From Neisseriales bacterium (lineage in GTDB: Bacteria > Pseudomonadota > Gammaproteobacteria > Burkholderiales > UBA11063), in NCBI GenBank assembly GCA_008017155.1, contig SSGX01000003.1, forward strand, positions 1 through 24,000: a stretch of 24,000 nucleotides of DNA. The letters run 5' to 3'. Shown here in pieces: positions 8,693 through 16,264 of the stretch (the stretch's first letter is position 1; every line of letters begins with the position of its first letter). The notes beneath the pieces were generated by a model, which was not told the DNA's origin, did not search any database, and was given only the letters and a program-made list of their open reading frames with translations. A program made the translations under genes and the position numbers.

Positions 8693-9535
8693 ATGAAAAA
8701 ACTCCTTATTACTTTAATCCCATGCCTTGCATTAGCTGATACTGTTGTTACAATCAATCAAGATCAGTTAAATCAGGCAAAGCAAGAACTAAAACAAAGC
8801 GGCAATAATGCTATTAATGGGATGCAGCAAGCATCCCAAGCAATATCATCAATTAAATTAAGCAAACTGAATCTGACTCCAGTGGAGTCAGAAATTAATA
8901 TGGCGAAGCCATTAATTAGTAAGAGTAAGCCACTAAATAATAAGCTTCCAGATGGTCAGAAATACTATCTTTACTCTGAATCAGTAGTTAGTGACTCTAA
9001 AGAGTACCTGGCTCAATTTAAAGACGGCAAGCCGTTAGATATTAATCTGGTAATAACTGATTTTAATGATATTACCAAGAATGCTAAAAACAAATTAGGA
9101 ACAAACCGTTTACTGATATTTATCAGTAGCTCTATGCCTAAAAAATCAATAACTAATTTAATGACTCAGGCAGCTCCATTACATGCTGTATTTGTTGTCC
9201 GGGGGCTTATTAATGGCTCATATGTTAATACCTACAAATACTTTTATAGTCTAAAAGGTGATAACGATGTTGGCATCATGCTAAACCCAACATTATTTAA
9301 TGCAATGCAAGTTGATGCAGTCCCAACATTTGCCTTATACCAGTCAGATCAGGATTTATTAAGTACTGCCTGTAAGGTAGCACCAAAATATACCAAAGTT
9401 AGCGGAGATGTAACAGTTCGCTATGCTTTATCTAGACTTGAGGATAGTAACAATAAAGATCTAGCTCAGATAGCCAGAAATGAATTGTCTATTCTTGATA
9501 ATTCAGGTTCATTTAAAAATAGGAAAACACAATGA
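8693..9535 (+). CDS. trbC: F-type pilus assembly protein TrbC
   Basis: 'LIFISSSMPKKSITNLMTQAAPLHAVFVVRGLINGS...MLNPTLFNAMQVDAVPTF' fits the TrbC_Ftype pattern (vFvS.SMP...L..l..qA......vlRGl...idP.lF....i..VP.f). It has a signal peptide from the ATG at 8693 and lies directly after traU, as in F-like systems. Confidence 0.75.
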   Translation: MKKLLITLIPCLALADTVVTINQDQLNQAKQELKQSGNNAINGMQQASQAISSIKLSKLNLTPVESEINMAKPLISKSKPLNNKLPDGQKYYLYSESVVSDSKEYLAQFKDGKPLDINLVITDFNDITKNAKNKLGTNRLLIFISSSMPKKSITNLMTQAAPLHAVFVVRGLINGSYVNTYKYFYSLKGDNDVGIMLNPTLFNAMQVDAVPTFALYQSDQDLLSTACKVAPKYTKVSGDVTVRYALSRLEDSNNKDLAQIARNELSILDNSGSFKNRKTQ

Positions 9536-10287
9536 AGTACAAATCAATATTAATCGCCGGGTTACTACTTTCAAAACTAGTTTTTGCTGATGGAGTATTC
9601 ATACCAAAAGTAACTAATGATAAGAAAGTTAGTGATTATTTTCATAAGCTACTGCCAACTACTACTATTAATAGCATCTATACTACACCTTACCCAGATA
9701 CCTATGCCTTGATAGCCGGAAATAATATACTCTATGGTAATACACATTCAAACTATATATTTGTCGGTCATATGTTTGACGTATATAGCCGAACTGATAT
9801 TACTGAATATCTTCAGAAGAAGACTACTCCTAAAATTGATATAAGTAAGATTAACGTATCTGATGCATTACTATCTAAAGCTCCAGGTAATGTAAATAAA
9901 AAGCTTATTGTCTTCATTGATCCAGATTGTCCATATTGTCGCCAGCTTGAAGCTCAGATATATCAACAGGGCATAGATAAGAAAGCAAATATCTATTACA
10001 TGATGATGCCATTAGCAATGCATCCAAATGCCAAAGAGCATAGTACCAATATACTTTGCTCTAAATCTGATGGACTGGCAGTACTCAAAGAATATATGGT
10101 TAATAACAATGATAACCCTAAAGTTAATATCAGCAAAGATTGCAATCTAGACCCGGTATTAGAACGTACAGGATCGACTGCTAGATCATTAGGGATTAAC
10201 GGTACTCCGGCAATTATAACTGGTGATGGCACCATGATAATGGGCGCAGATATTCAGGCGATAAGTGAATACGTTAATAAGAAGTAA
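9532..10287 (+). CDS. DsbC-family periplasmic thiol:disulfide isomerase (TrbB/DsbC-like T4SS accessory)
   Basis: Active site CxxC is 'DPDCPYCRQLE'. A second Cys pair lies in '...NILCSKSDG...SKDCNL'. 'GINGTPAIITGDG' parallels E. coli DsbC 'GVSGTPAVVLSNG'. It has a signal peptide, and its start overlaps the trbC stop (ATGA). Confidence 0.75.
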   Translation: MKYKSILIAGLLLSKLVFADGVFIPKVTNDKKVSDYFHKLLPTTTINSIYTTPYPDTYALIAGNNILYGNTHSNYIFVGHMFDVYSRTDITEYLQKKTTPKIDISKINVSDALLSKAPGNVNKKLIVFIDPDCPYCRQLEAQIYQQGIDKKANIYYMMMPLAMHPNAKEHSTNILCSKSDGLAVLKEYMVNNNDNPKVNISKDCNLDPVLERTGSTARSLGINGTPAIITGDGTMIMGADIQAISEYVNKK

Positions 10288-10293
10288 TAGCTG

Positions 10294-10656
10294 ATGATTA
10301 ATAACTTAACTTTTCTCTTATTTGGGCTGATTGTTGGGGGCGGTGGATGCTATTTAATATTAGCTAGGAAACAGAAGCAAATTCGAGTTAAGTGCCGCCT
10401 TATTCCAAGGAAAATCAAGGATCAACTTTTACTTGATACCAATATACTAATTATTGATGCTAGACTCAGTTCAAAGTCCTACAGTGAAGCTAATCAGTTG
10501 TATCTTCAGGTAATTGAGGATCTTGTTAATGAAACCCAAATTAACCATGAAGATATAAGATTATTTGTCAATTCATTACTGGAGCAAGTTAGACTAAAGA
10601 ATCAGGCAATAAATTCATTAAAAGGTAGTGTAACAATTGAAGATAAGGCAGGGTAA
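10294..10656 (+). CDS. Hypothetical single-pass membrane protein
   Basis: 120 aa with an N-terminal TM segment 'LTFLLFGLIVGGGGCYLIL' followed by helical sequence. Confidence 0.4.
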   Translation: MINNLTFLLFGLIVGGGGCYLILARKQKQIRVKCRLIPRKIKDQLLLDTNILIIDARLSSKSYSEANQLYLQVIEDLVNETQINHEDIRLFVNSLLEQVRLKNQAINSLKGSVTIEDKAG

Positions 10657-10680
10657 TTCTGCGAAGGATAGAGCGTGCGT

Positions 10681-10803
10681 TGTGAATTTTCGCTAACGCT
10701 CACCACCGGGATAACCCATTAATAACCTGATGGACAGCTAACGCTTTGCTACCTGACCACAGGTTAATTAACAAGTTACCCCAGTTAATTCTACAACTTA
10801 CTT
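10681..10803 (+). repeat. Structured GC-rich intergenic element 'X' (long imperfect hairpin), related to 20751-20843
   Basis: It shares flanks with element Y: 'tgtgaatttt...gggataaccc' against 'tgtggaaattcccgtggataaccc', and 'gttaccccagttaattctacaacttact' against 'gttagcccaccggtttaccacaacttact'. Internal arms ttaataacctg (10719-10729) and caggttaattaa (10760-10771) are complementary. Confidence 0.5.
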
Positions 10804-10888
10804 TGCTAATGAGTGGGGATATAGTAATAATTTTTTGGTTTTATTAAGAAGTTATTCACAATTATTGTGGATAGAAAGGAAATTGCAA

Positions 10889-11404
10889 TTGAAATCAGTA
10901 GCTAAATTATTCTTTTTGATTAGTCTTGCTAGCAGTGTAGATGCCGAACAGGTAACTAATCTGATAGAGTTCTTTTCATTTACTTGCAGTCATTGCGCGA
11001 ATGTGAATCAAAAAGTCTATAGCTATGTAAGTAAAAATAATATTCAGTTGACTGATATTAGTATGGATATGTCAGAGGAAGCACTACCTACAACTATGAT
11101 GTTTTATGTTGCAGAGGATGCAGGAATAGGCAACAAATTTAAGCAGGCATATTTCGGTGCAGTTTCTGCAGGTATGCCAGCATATAGTAATACCACCTTA
11201 AATTATGTAGTAGGACAGATTAAGACAGCTAAATTAACAGAGTTACTCAATAGCACTAGTGAGCGCCAAAGAGTAAAAGACAAATTACAGTATGCAGCCG
11301 GATTAATCAATAAATATCAAATTCAGGTTACTCCAACATTTGTAATCAATAACTCCACCGTCCTAGAGGGTGAAGAAATTATTAACCAATTAAGTCAAAG
11401 GTAA
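10889..11404 (+). CDS. DsbA-family thiol:disulfide oxidoreductase
   Basis: 'FFSFTCSHCAN' is a CxxC in DsbA context. 'QVTPTFVIN' is the cis-Pro loop region. I prefer the TTG at 10889 because the RBS 'aaagga' lies 8 nt upstream and it gives the signal peptide 'KSVAKLFFLISLASSVDA'. The track ORF starts at 10835. Confidence 0.65.
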   Translation: MKSVAKLFFLISLASSVDAEQVTNLIEFFSFTCSHCANVNQKVYSYVSKNNIQLTDISMDMSEEALPTTMMFYVAEDAGIGNKFKQAYFGAVSAGMPAYSNTTLNYVVGQIKTAKLTELLNSTSERQRVKDKLQYAAGLINKYQIQVTPTFVINNSTVLEGEEIINQLSQR

Positions 11405-11410
11405 TATCCC

Positions 11411-11923
11411 ATGAAAAAACTACTAATACTCCTATCTTTAATCAGTATTGCCCAAGCAGATGAATTTAATAATCGTGTAACTAAAGCGATGAGTACTCTA
11501 GAGTCAGCATTTGTACCTGTTAATACTCCATACACAATGATTGAAGAATCTAATATTACTAGTACCTTTGATACCTCAATCAGTAATAAGTGGCAAGTAT
11601 CATTTAAAGGTAATCAATCTGGTAACTTAAATACCATAGCCATAGTTATTGATGACTATAATATGACACAGGATAGTAGTCTTCCAATTCAGCCAAATGT
11701 AACTGCGACCTATCTTTTTGCGGATAAAAGCCTAACTCAGATTATGAATTCAATTGGATATGGTTTTAAGTATCTTGGGGCTTACAAGCAGATCAATGCA
11801 AGCCAGTTCATTGGATTTTCAGACTTTAAGATCAAAAGGATGCAATTAATCTTGACCTGGATAGATAATCAAAAGGTTTATAAGCAGGATGTTTCATACT
11901 TTCTTATGGTATTTGCAAAATGA
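11411..11923 (+). CDS. Secreted hypothetical protein
   Basis: Signal peptide 'MKKLLILLSLISIAQA'. 170 aa with no recognisable family. Its stop overlaps the next start (ATGA). Confidence 0.45.
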   Translation: MKKLLILLSLISIAQADEFNNRVTKAMSTLESAFVPVNTPYTMIEESNITSTFDTSISNKWQVSFKGNQSGNLNTIAIVIDDYNMTQDSSLPIQPNVTATYLFADKSLTQIMNSIGYGFKYLGAYKQINASQFIGFSDFKIKRMQLILTWIDNQKVYKQDVSYFLMVFAK

Positions 11924-12813
11924 AGAAATTAGCCCTTCTTATATTAGTAGCAGGTACTAGTTATGCTGATAATCAGAACTACTTTGATAATGCATATCAA
12001 ATAGGTAAGCAAAATCAGTATAACCTGAATTTAAACCAGAATAGTACCTTTAATAGTTATACCCAAGCTAATAATATTGAAAGTAACATCAGCAAGAATG
12101 CAACAACGGGAACTATTGGTGCTGAAACAGTTTATAAGAATGCAGATAAGGATGTGAATTATTTATACAATCAAGGTAAGCAGGAAATTTCTAATTGCCA
12201 AAGTAAGTCAGATCCTCGCTGTACTTCTTTGAATAAGTATGGAGATAAAGACACTTTAACTCAAATGCAAGCCTACAGTCAGGGTATTACCGAGAAGTAT
12301 TACATAGGTGTTAGACCAGATCCTTCAGATACTCAATGCTCATATGTAACTAGAAAAGTACCAGTAAATGCCACAACAGCAACATGTATCGCAACATCAC
12401 ACAATCAAAATACTTGTAACTCAATTATTAATCTCTCTGTTAATAGTTATCAATGCTATACGGCTAATAATGGTTGTAGAACTTATCAAAATAATTCAGA
12501 TTGTAAACTTATTCAAGCTGAAGTACCTTGGAAGTGCACTTATCACTATTCTGTTGATATGTGTGCAGGCGGAAATTATAGTGGTGATTGGAGTTGTGTA
12601 ACAACTCCAACTAGTACTCCTCCTGCAATTACTAAGCCAGACGGATATACTGGTGGAGTATGCGGAGGGGGTAATCAACAAATACCTGGGTGGGGTGGTT
12701 GTCCTTGGGGAAGTGCCAGAGAAACAAGTAAAAGCTGCACTCAAACAAAGCCAGCAGTTTACTCATGTAAGAGCTATAGTTATAGTGACGGTTGTGTGGG
12801 GTTTAAACAATGA
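11920..12813 (+). CDS. Secreted Cys-rich protein (possible TraN-associated outer-membrane or adhesin component)
   Basis: It has a signal peptide 'MKKLALLILVAGTSYA' and many Cys residues in the C-terminal two-thirds. It is translationally coupled on both sides (ATGA overlaps at 11920 and 12810). Confidence 0.5.
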   Translation: MKKLALLILVAGTSYADNQNYFDNAYQIGKQNQYNLNLNQNSTFNSYTQANNIESNISKNATTGTIGAETVYKNADKDVNYLYNQGKQEISNCQSKSDPRCTSLNKYGDKDTLTQMQAYSQGITEKYYIGVRPDPSDTQCSYVTRKVPVNATTATCIATSHNQNTCNSIINLSVNSYQCYTANNGCRTYQNNSDCKLIQAEVPWKCTYHYSVDMCAGGNYSGDWSCVTTPTSTPPAITKPDGYTGGVCGGGNQQIPGWGGCPWGSARETSKSCTQTKPAVYSCKSYSYSDGCVGFKQ

Positions 12814-14456
12814 GAATTAGAAAGTTACTTCTTTTATTAATGCCAAGTATTGTAATGGCAACATCACAATGTAAACTTGTAAATCTTCAATGTACAGATA
12901 AATCAGCATCAAAAACTATTGATGGTCATACCTTTACTTTATCTGAAATGTGTAGTAAGCTTGGATTAACTGGAGATAATTGCTGCTGGAATAGTACTTC
13001 AACATATTATTGTGGTGATTCAGTAGATACATGTGGAAATTATCGAAATAATTCAGCATGTAGTTTAATTGATAATACTTGCCTAGATAAAGATTATATA
13101 ACCGGAATCTGTAAAAAATTCCAAAGCAAATATAGTTGTGCAAGTGGATATCAGAATGTTGAGTCTAGGGTTTGTACAAATGTTATTTGTGCTAAGAATG
13201 AATCAGGGACAGCTAAAAAGTGTTATAACATCCCAGGAGCAGATCCTACTGGAAGTAACTTCAAAAATATGGGGAATGCCATAGCTTATATTCAAATGGG
13301 GCAGAATATGGGACAGGATATGCAGTGTGCTGATAAAAACCCTGAAAACTGTACTTTATTTTCAGGTAAATACTTTCAGTGTTATATGTATAGATTTAAA
13401 GCTGATCAACCTGGTAGCTGGAATAATAACGGTGCTGACTGTATGGTTAATAACCAGTTCTTTAATACATCGGGTGTATCAACTGGTTACTCTAATTCAG
13501 ATAGAAATTTATATTCCAAAGCTACGTCCAATTCTAGTAACGTAATGGGAAGCGCAACAAGCTACGGTTTATCCCAGGATAATAACAAAGGAATAAATAA
13601 TATTGTTAAGCTACAGCAGGACGGTAAAGCTCCTGCAATTAATAAAGATCAGAATGTAACATACTCTCCTAATTCTTCTAGTAATTCAAAAATCAAAGTA
13701 AATAATGGGCAGGTCACTTCTGTATCTATTAATAAGGATTTAGTTAAGGATTTGGGCGGAATTTCTTCGTTTGAGACCTATCTCGAAGACTCATCTGTTA
13801 ATTTAGCATGGAATCGTCTTAAAGGTGAACCGAATCCAAATAGTATAAAAACTACCAAATTTTCTGATTTAGGTATTACTAGGAGATTATCAGGACGACC
13901 GTTTGGATGGAACTCTGGGATTAATCAACCAGAAATTAACGGCTTATGTATTCATTTGGCTGACAGTTGTGAGGGTGGTGATGATAGTGGTACTGTGAGT
14001 GACTTAATTAAGTCTCAATTATCATGGGCTGGAGGTTATACCAATCCTAACTTTTGTGCTAAATGTACGTCTGATGTACTAGGTGCTTGCATGACTGGAG
14101 AACCTCGCAATGTTGTTCAGCAATGGTGCTGTTTTACCTCTAAGGTAGCAATGGACATTAACATTGCAGCTTATGATCAGGGATTCCTTACATTTTATAC
14201 TGGTAATGGTAGTAGGTATGCTAACCAGATTAATAATAACAATGGAATTTGTGGTGGCGTTACTGTTGGGATGATAAGTAAAATTGACTTTTCAAAAGCT
14301 GATTATTTCAAAGACTTTATGAATTCAATTGATGTAAATCAAATAATCGACAATACAAATTTTACTAATCAAACTATTCAAGATAAAACCCAGAATCGTT
14401 CTAATGGTGATGCGGCCACAATGATCAATGAGTGGAAAAATAAGGGAGGGTACTAA
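12810..14456 (+). CDS. traN: F-type mating-pair stabilisation protein TraN
   Basis: 548 aa with a signal peptide and a very Cys-rich sequence. The C-terminal 'QQWCCFTSKVAMDINIAAYDQG' matches the TraN signature 'CCF.S.LaRii.EQgr'. It sits within an F-type tra block. Confidence 0.75.
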   Translation: MRIRKLLLLLMPSIVMATSQCKLVNLQCTDKSASKTIDGHTFTLSEMCSKLGLTGDNCCWNSTSTYYCGDSVDTCGNYRNNSACSLIDNTCLDKDYITGICKKFQSKYSCASGYQNVESRVCTNVICAKNESGTAKKCYNIPGADPTGSNFKNMGNAIAYIQMGQNMGQDMQCADKNPENCTLFSGKYFQCYMYRFKADQPGSWNNNGADCMVNNQFFNTSGVSTGYSNSDRNLYSKATSNSSNVMGSATSYGLSQDNNKGINNIVKLQQDGKAPAINKDQNVTYSPNSSSNSKIKVNNGQVTSVSINKDLVKDLGGISSFETYLEDSSVNLAWNRLKGEPNPNSIKTTKFSDLGITRRLSGRPFGWNSGINQPEINGLCIHLADSCEGGDDSGTVSDLIKSQLSWAGGYTNPNFCAKCTSDVLGACMTGEPRNVVQQWCCFTSKVAMDINIAAYDQGFLTFYTGNGSRYANQINNNNGICGGVTVGMISKIDFSKADYFKDFMNSIDVNQIIDNTNFTNQTIQDKTQNRSNGDAATMINEWKNKGGY

Positions 14457-14457
14457 A

Positions 14458-14883
14458 ATGAAAGTATCACTAACTTTAGCAAGTCTTGTAGTCTTATTTA
14501 GTGTTACTAGCCATGCATTATCACTTGAACGATGCTTTAGCCTAGCTTCGAGGACTTACGGAATCCCTATCGACCTATTAAAAGCAATTGCTAAAACCGA
14601 AACTGGATTTAATCCCTATGCAATCAATTATAACAACAATAAGTCCTATGATATGGGTATTATGCAGATTAACTCTTACTGGCTGCCAAAATTAAACAAA
14701 ATAGGTGTAACCCAAGCTGACCTTTTCGATGGATGTAAAAACATTCAGGTAGGAGCATGGATTTTATCTAGCAACATAAAACAATATGGGTTTAATCGTA
14801 AGGCAATAGGTGCATATAATGCAGTATCACCAGATAAGCAAGAAATCTATGCTCGTAAAGTACTAAGTAATTTGTCTAACTAG
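14458..14883 (+). CDS. Lytic transglycosylase (SLT domain; F Orf169 / P19-like)
   Basis: 'AKTETGFNPYAINYNNNKSYDMGIMQINSYWL' carries the catalytic Glu and the GLMQI(N) motif. It has a signal peptide from the ATG at 14458 and a strong RBS 'aagggaggg'. Confidence 0.8.
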   Translation: MKVSLTLASLVVLFSVTSHALSLERCFSLASRTYGIPIDLLKAIAKTETGFNPYAINYNNNKSYDMGIMQINSYWLPKLNKIGVTQADLFDGCKNIQVGAWILSSNIKQYGFNRKAIGAYNAVSPDKQEIYARKVLSNLSN

Positions 14884-14886
14884 GCA

Positions 14887-14930
14887 TTTTAGACAAGAAT
14901 TAGACGGTTATCTAGACATTTTTTAGACGA
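14887..14930 (+). promoter_or_regulatory. Four phased direct repeats T(T/C)TAGAC(A/G) upstream of traW
   Basis: TAGAC cores lie at 14890, 14901, 14913 and 14924, giving 11/12/11-bp spacing. A fifth copy, 'ctagacattt', lies at 14978-14987 immediately before the traW ATG and is identical to 14912-14921. Confidence 0.5.
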
Positions 14931-14987
14931 CTACTATAACTATCATTCTGATTTTAAACGAGATTAATTATTAGAGGCTAGACATTT

Positions 14988-15620
14988 ATGAAATCAATTA
15001 GACATAAATATATCTATATTAGCTTAGTTTTACTCATGAATACCGTATTTGCTGATAATTTGGGAGTAGTTGGAAAAACATATCCAATCAGTGAACCTGA
15101 TATGATTGAATGGATCAAAGCCAAAGCGGCAGCGCTTATGAAATCTGGAGAATGGCAAAAAATCCAGAATAAGGCTATTGATAATGCAAAACAGCAGATT
15201 AATCATCCAAAAGCAATAGCAGGTATTAGTGATGCAACTGTTACAAAAACCTGGTACTATACACCAATAGTTACGCTTAATGAAAATTTAACTGATGGAC
15301 GTGGGCATGTGATTGCCAAAGCTGGTAAGTATAATGCTCTACGATATAAACCGTTTGATACTCAAATGATATTTATTAATGGTAATAACCAGAAACAAGT
15401 AGATTGGGCATTAGCCAAGAATAATGAATCAGGAGTTAAAACAAAGATTATACTAACGCAGGGGTCATTTATGGATTTGGATAAAAAGTATAAAGTATGG
15501 TTTTATTACGACCAAAATGGTAAATATACCCAAAAACTTAATATTAAACATGTTCCAGCTACGGTTACCCAAGCTGGTGATCAACTAAAAATTACGGAAA
15601 TTTCCAATACGGAAATTTGA
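14988..15620 (+). CDS. traW: F-type conjugative transfer protein TraW
   Basis: 'LGVVGKTYPISEPDMIEWIK' matches F TraW 'LGTWGDLWPVKEPDMLTVIM'. 'MIFINGNNQKQVDWA', 'KIILTQGS' and 'YYDQNGKYTQKLNIKHVPATV' parallel F TraW 'LYFINGDDPAQVAWM', 'KIILVQGS' and 'YFDQNGVLCQRLGIDQVPARV'. Confidence 0.85.
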   Translation: MKSIRHKYIYISLVLLMNTVFADNLGVVGKTYPISEPDMIEWIKAKAAALMKSGEWQKIQNKAIDNAKQQINHPKAIAGISDATVTKTWYYTPIVTLNENLTDGRGHVIAKAGKYNALRYKPFDTQMIFINGNNQKQVDWALAKNNESGVKTKIILTQGSFMDLDKKYKVWFYYDQNGKYTQKLNIKHVPATVTQAGDQLKITEISNTEI

Positions 15621-15755
15621 TATTTATAAAGTTAAAACCCATCTATTAAAGATGGGCTACTTCGTCCCCGTGTTGTATCCCTACAGAGCACGGCCACCAA
15701 TTATTTTATATCAAGTATGAATAAAGATCAATAGTTAATTTAATTTTTTTTATCT

Positions 15756-15825
15756 CTACTTTGTCAATAAATCCTAGCGAGGGTTTGGGGGCGGCGATGA
15801 GCCCCCAAGGGGTAAATTATAGTTA
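15756..15825 (+). repeat. 70-bp repeat copy A with a GC hairpin (partner at 19326-19394)
   Basis: 'ctactttgtcaataaatcctagcgagggtttgggggcggcgatgagcccccaaggggtaaattatagtta'. The hairpin is ttgggggc (15785-15792) paired with gcccccaa (15801-15808), with loop ggcgatga. Confidence 0.8.
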
Positions 15826-16264
15826 CTCCTAATTTTTTGTTATAAAAAAAATCTGCCTAATTGACTGTTAAGTTTAAGGATTTAACTGTTCTTTTTGAGG
15901 AACATATTACAATCAAGTATCAAGGAAAAATTTATATTTTTGATGACTATGCTGATCTTGTTAAAAGGTTTGATAAAGAAGTTACGGTTTTGAAAAAATA
16001 TAGACATTTTGATTGATTTGAACAAATATTGATTTGTACATTTGTTTATATTAACATTTACTAACAATCAGAATTTTAATTACTCTTTATCCATATATAT
16101 TAAGGAAGGAGTGCCTTCCCTGTCTGCAACTAAATAGGTTGGTCCTTCAAAAGGACTAACCTATTTATTTTCCGCCACCCATCCCAGCGGAAAGCCTTCC
16201 GCAGCGCCTTCTGGGGCAGCCTTGTGGGCTGCAACTAATCCGGATGTCCCCGGATGATTCTATT

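Noticed and set aside
7739-8739. Five overlapping ORFs inside traU and at the traU/trbC junction (7739-7930-, 7888-8076+, 7997-8236-, 8191-8430+, 8446-8739+)
   Set aside because: All are nested in or antisense to traU, whose frame is confirmed by multiple F TraU motifs.
9996-10235. 79-aa - strand ORF
   Set aside because: It is antisense to the DsbC-like gene.
12368-13545. ORFs 12368-12601+, 12496-12744-, 12934-13143- and 13327-13545+
   Set aside because: They are nested in or antisense to the Cys-rich orf297 and traN frames.
15882-16067. 61-aa - strand ORF
   Set aside because: Its Asn/Ile/Phe/Lys-rich composition is typical of random frames in AT-rich DNA. It has no RBS and is on the opposite strand to every supported gene.
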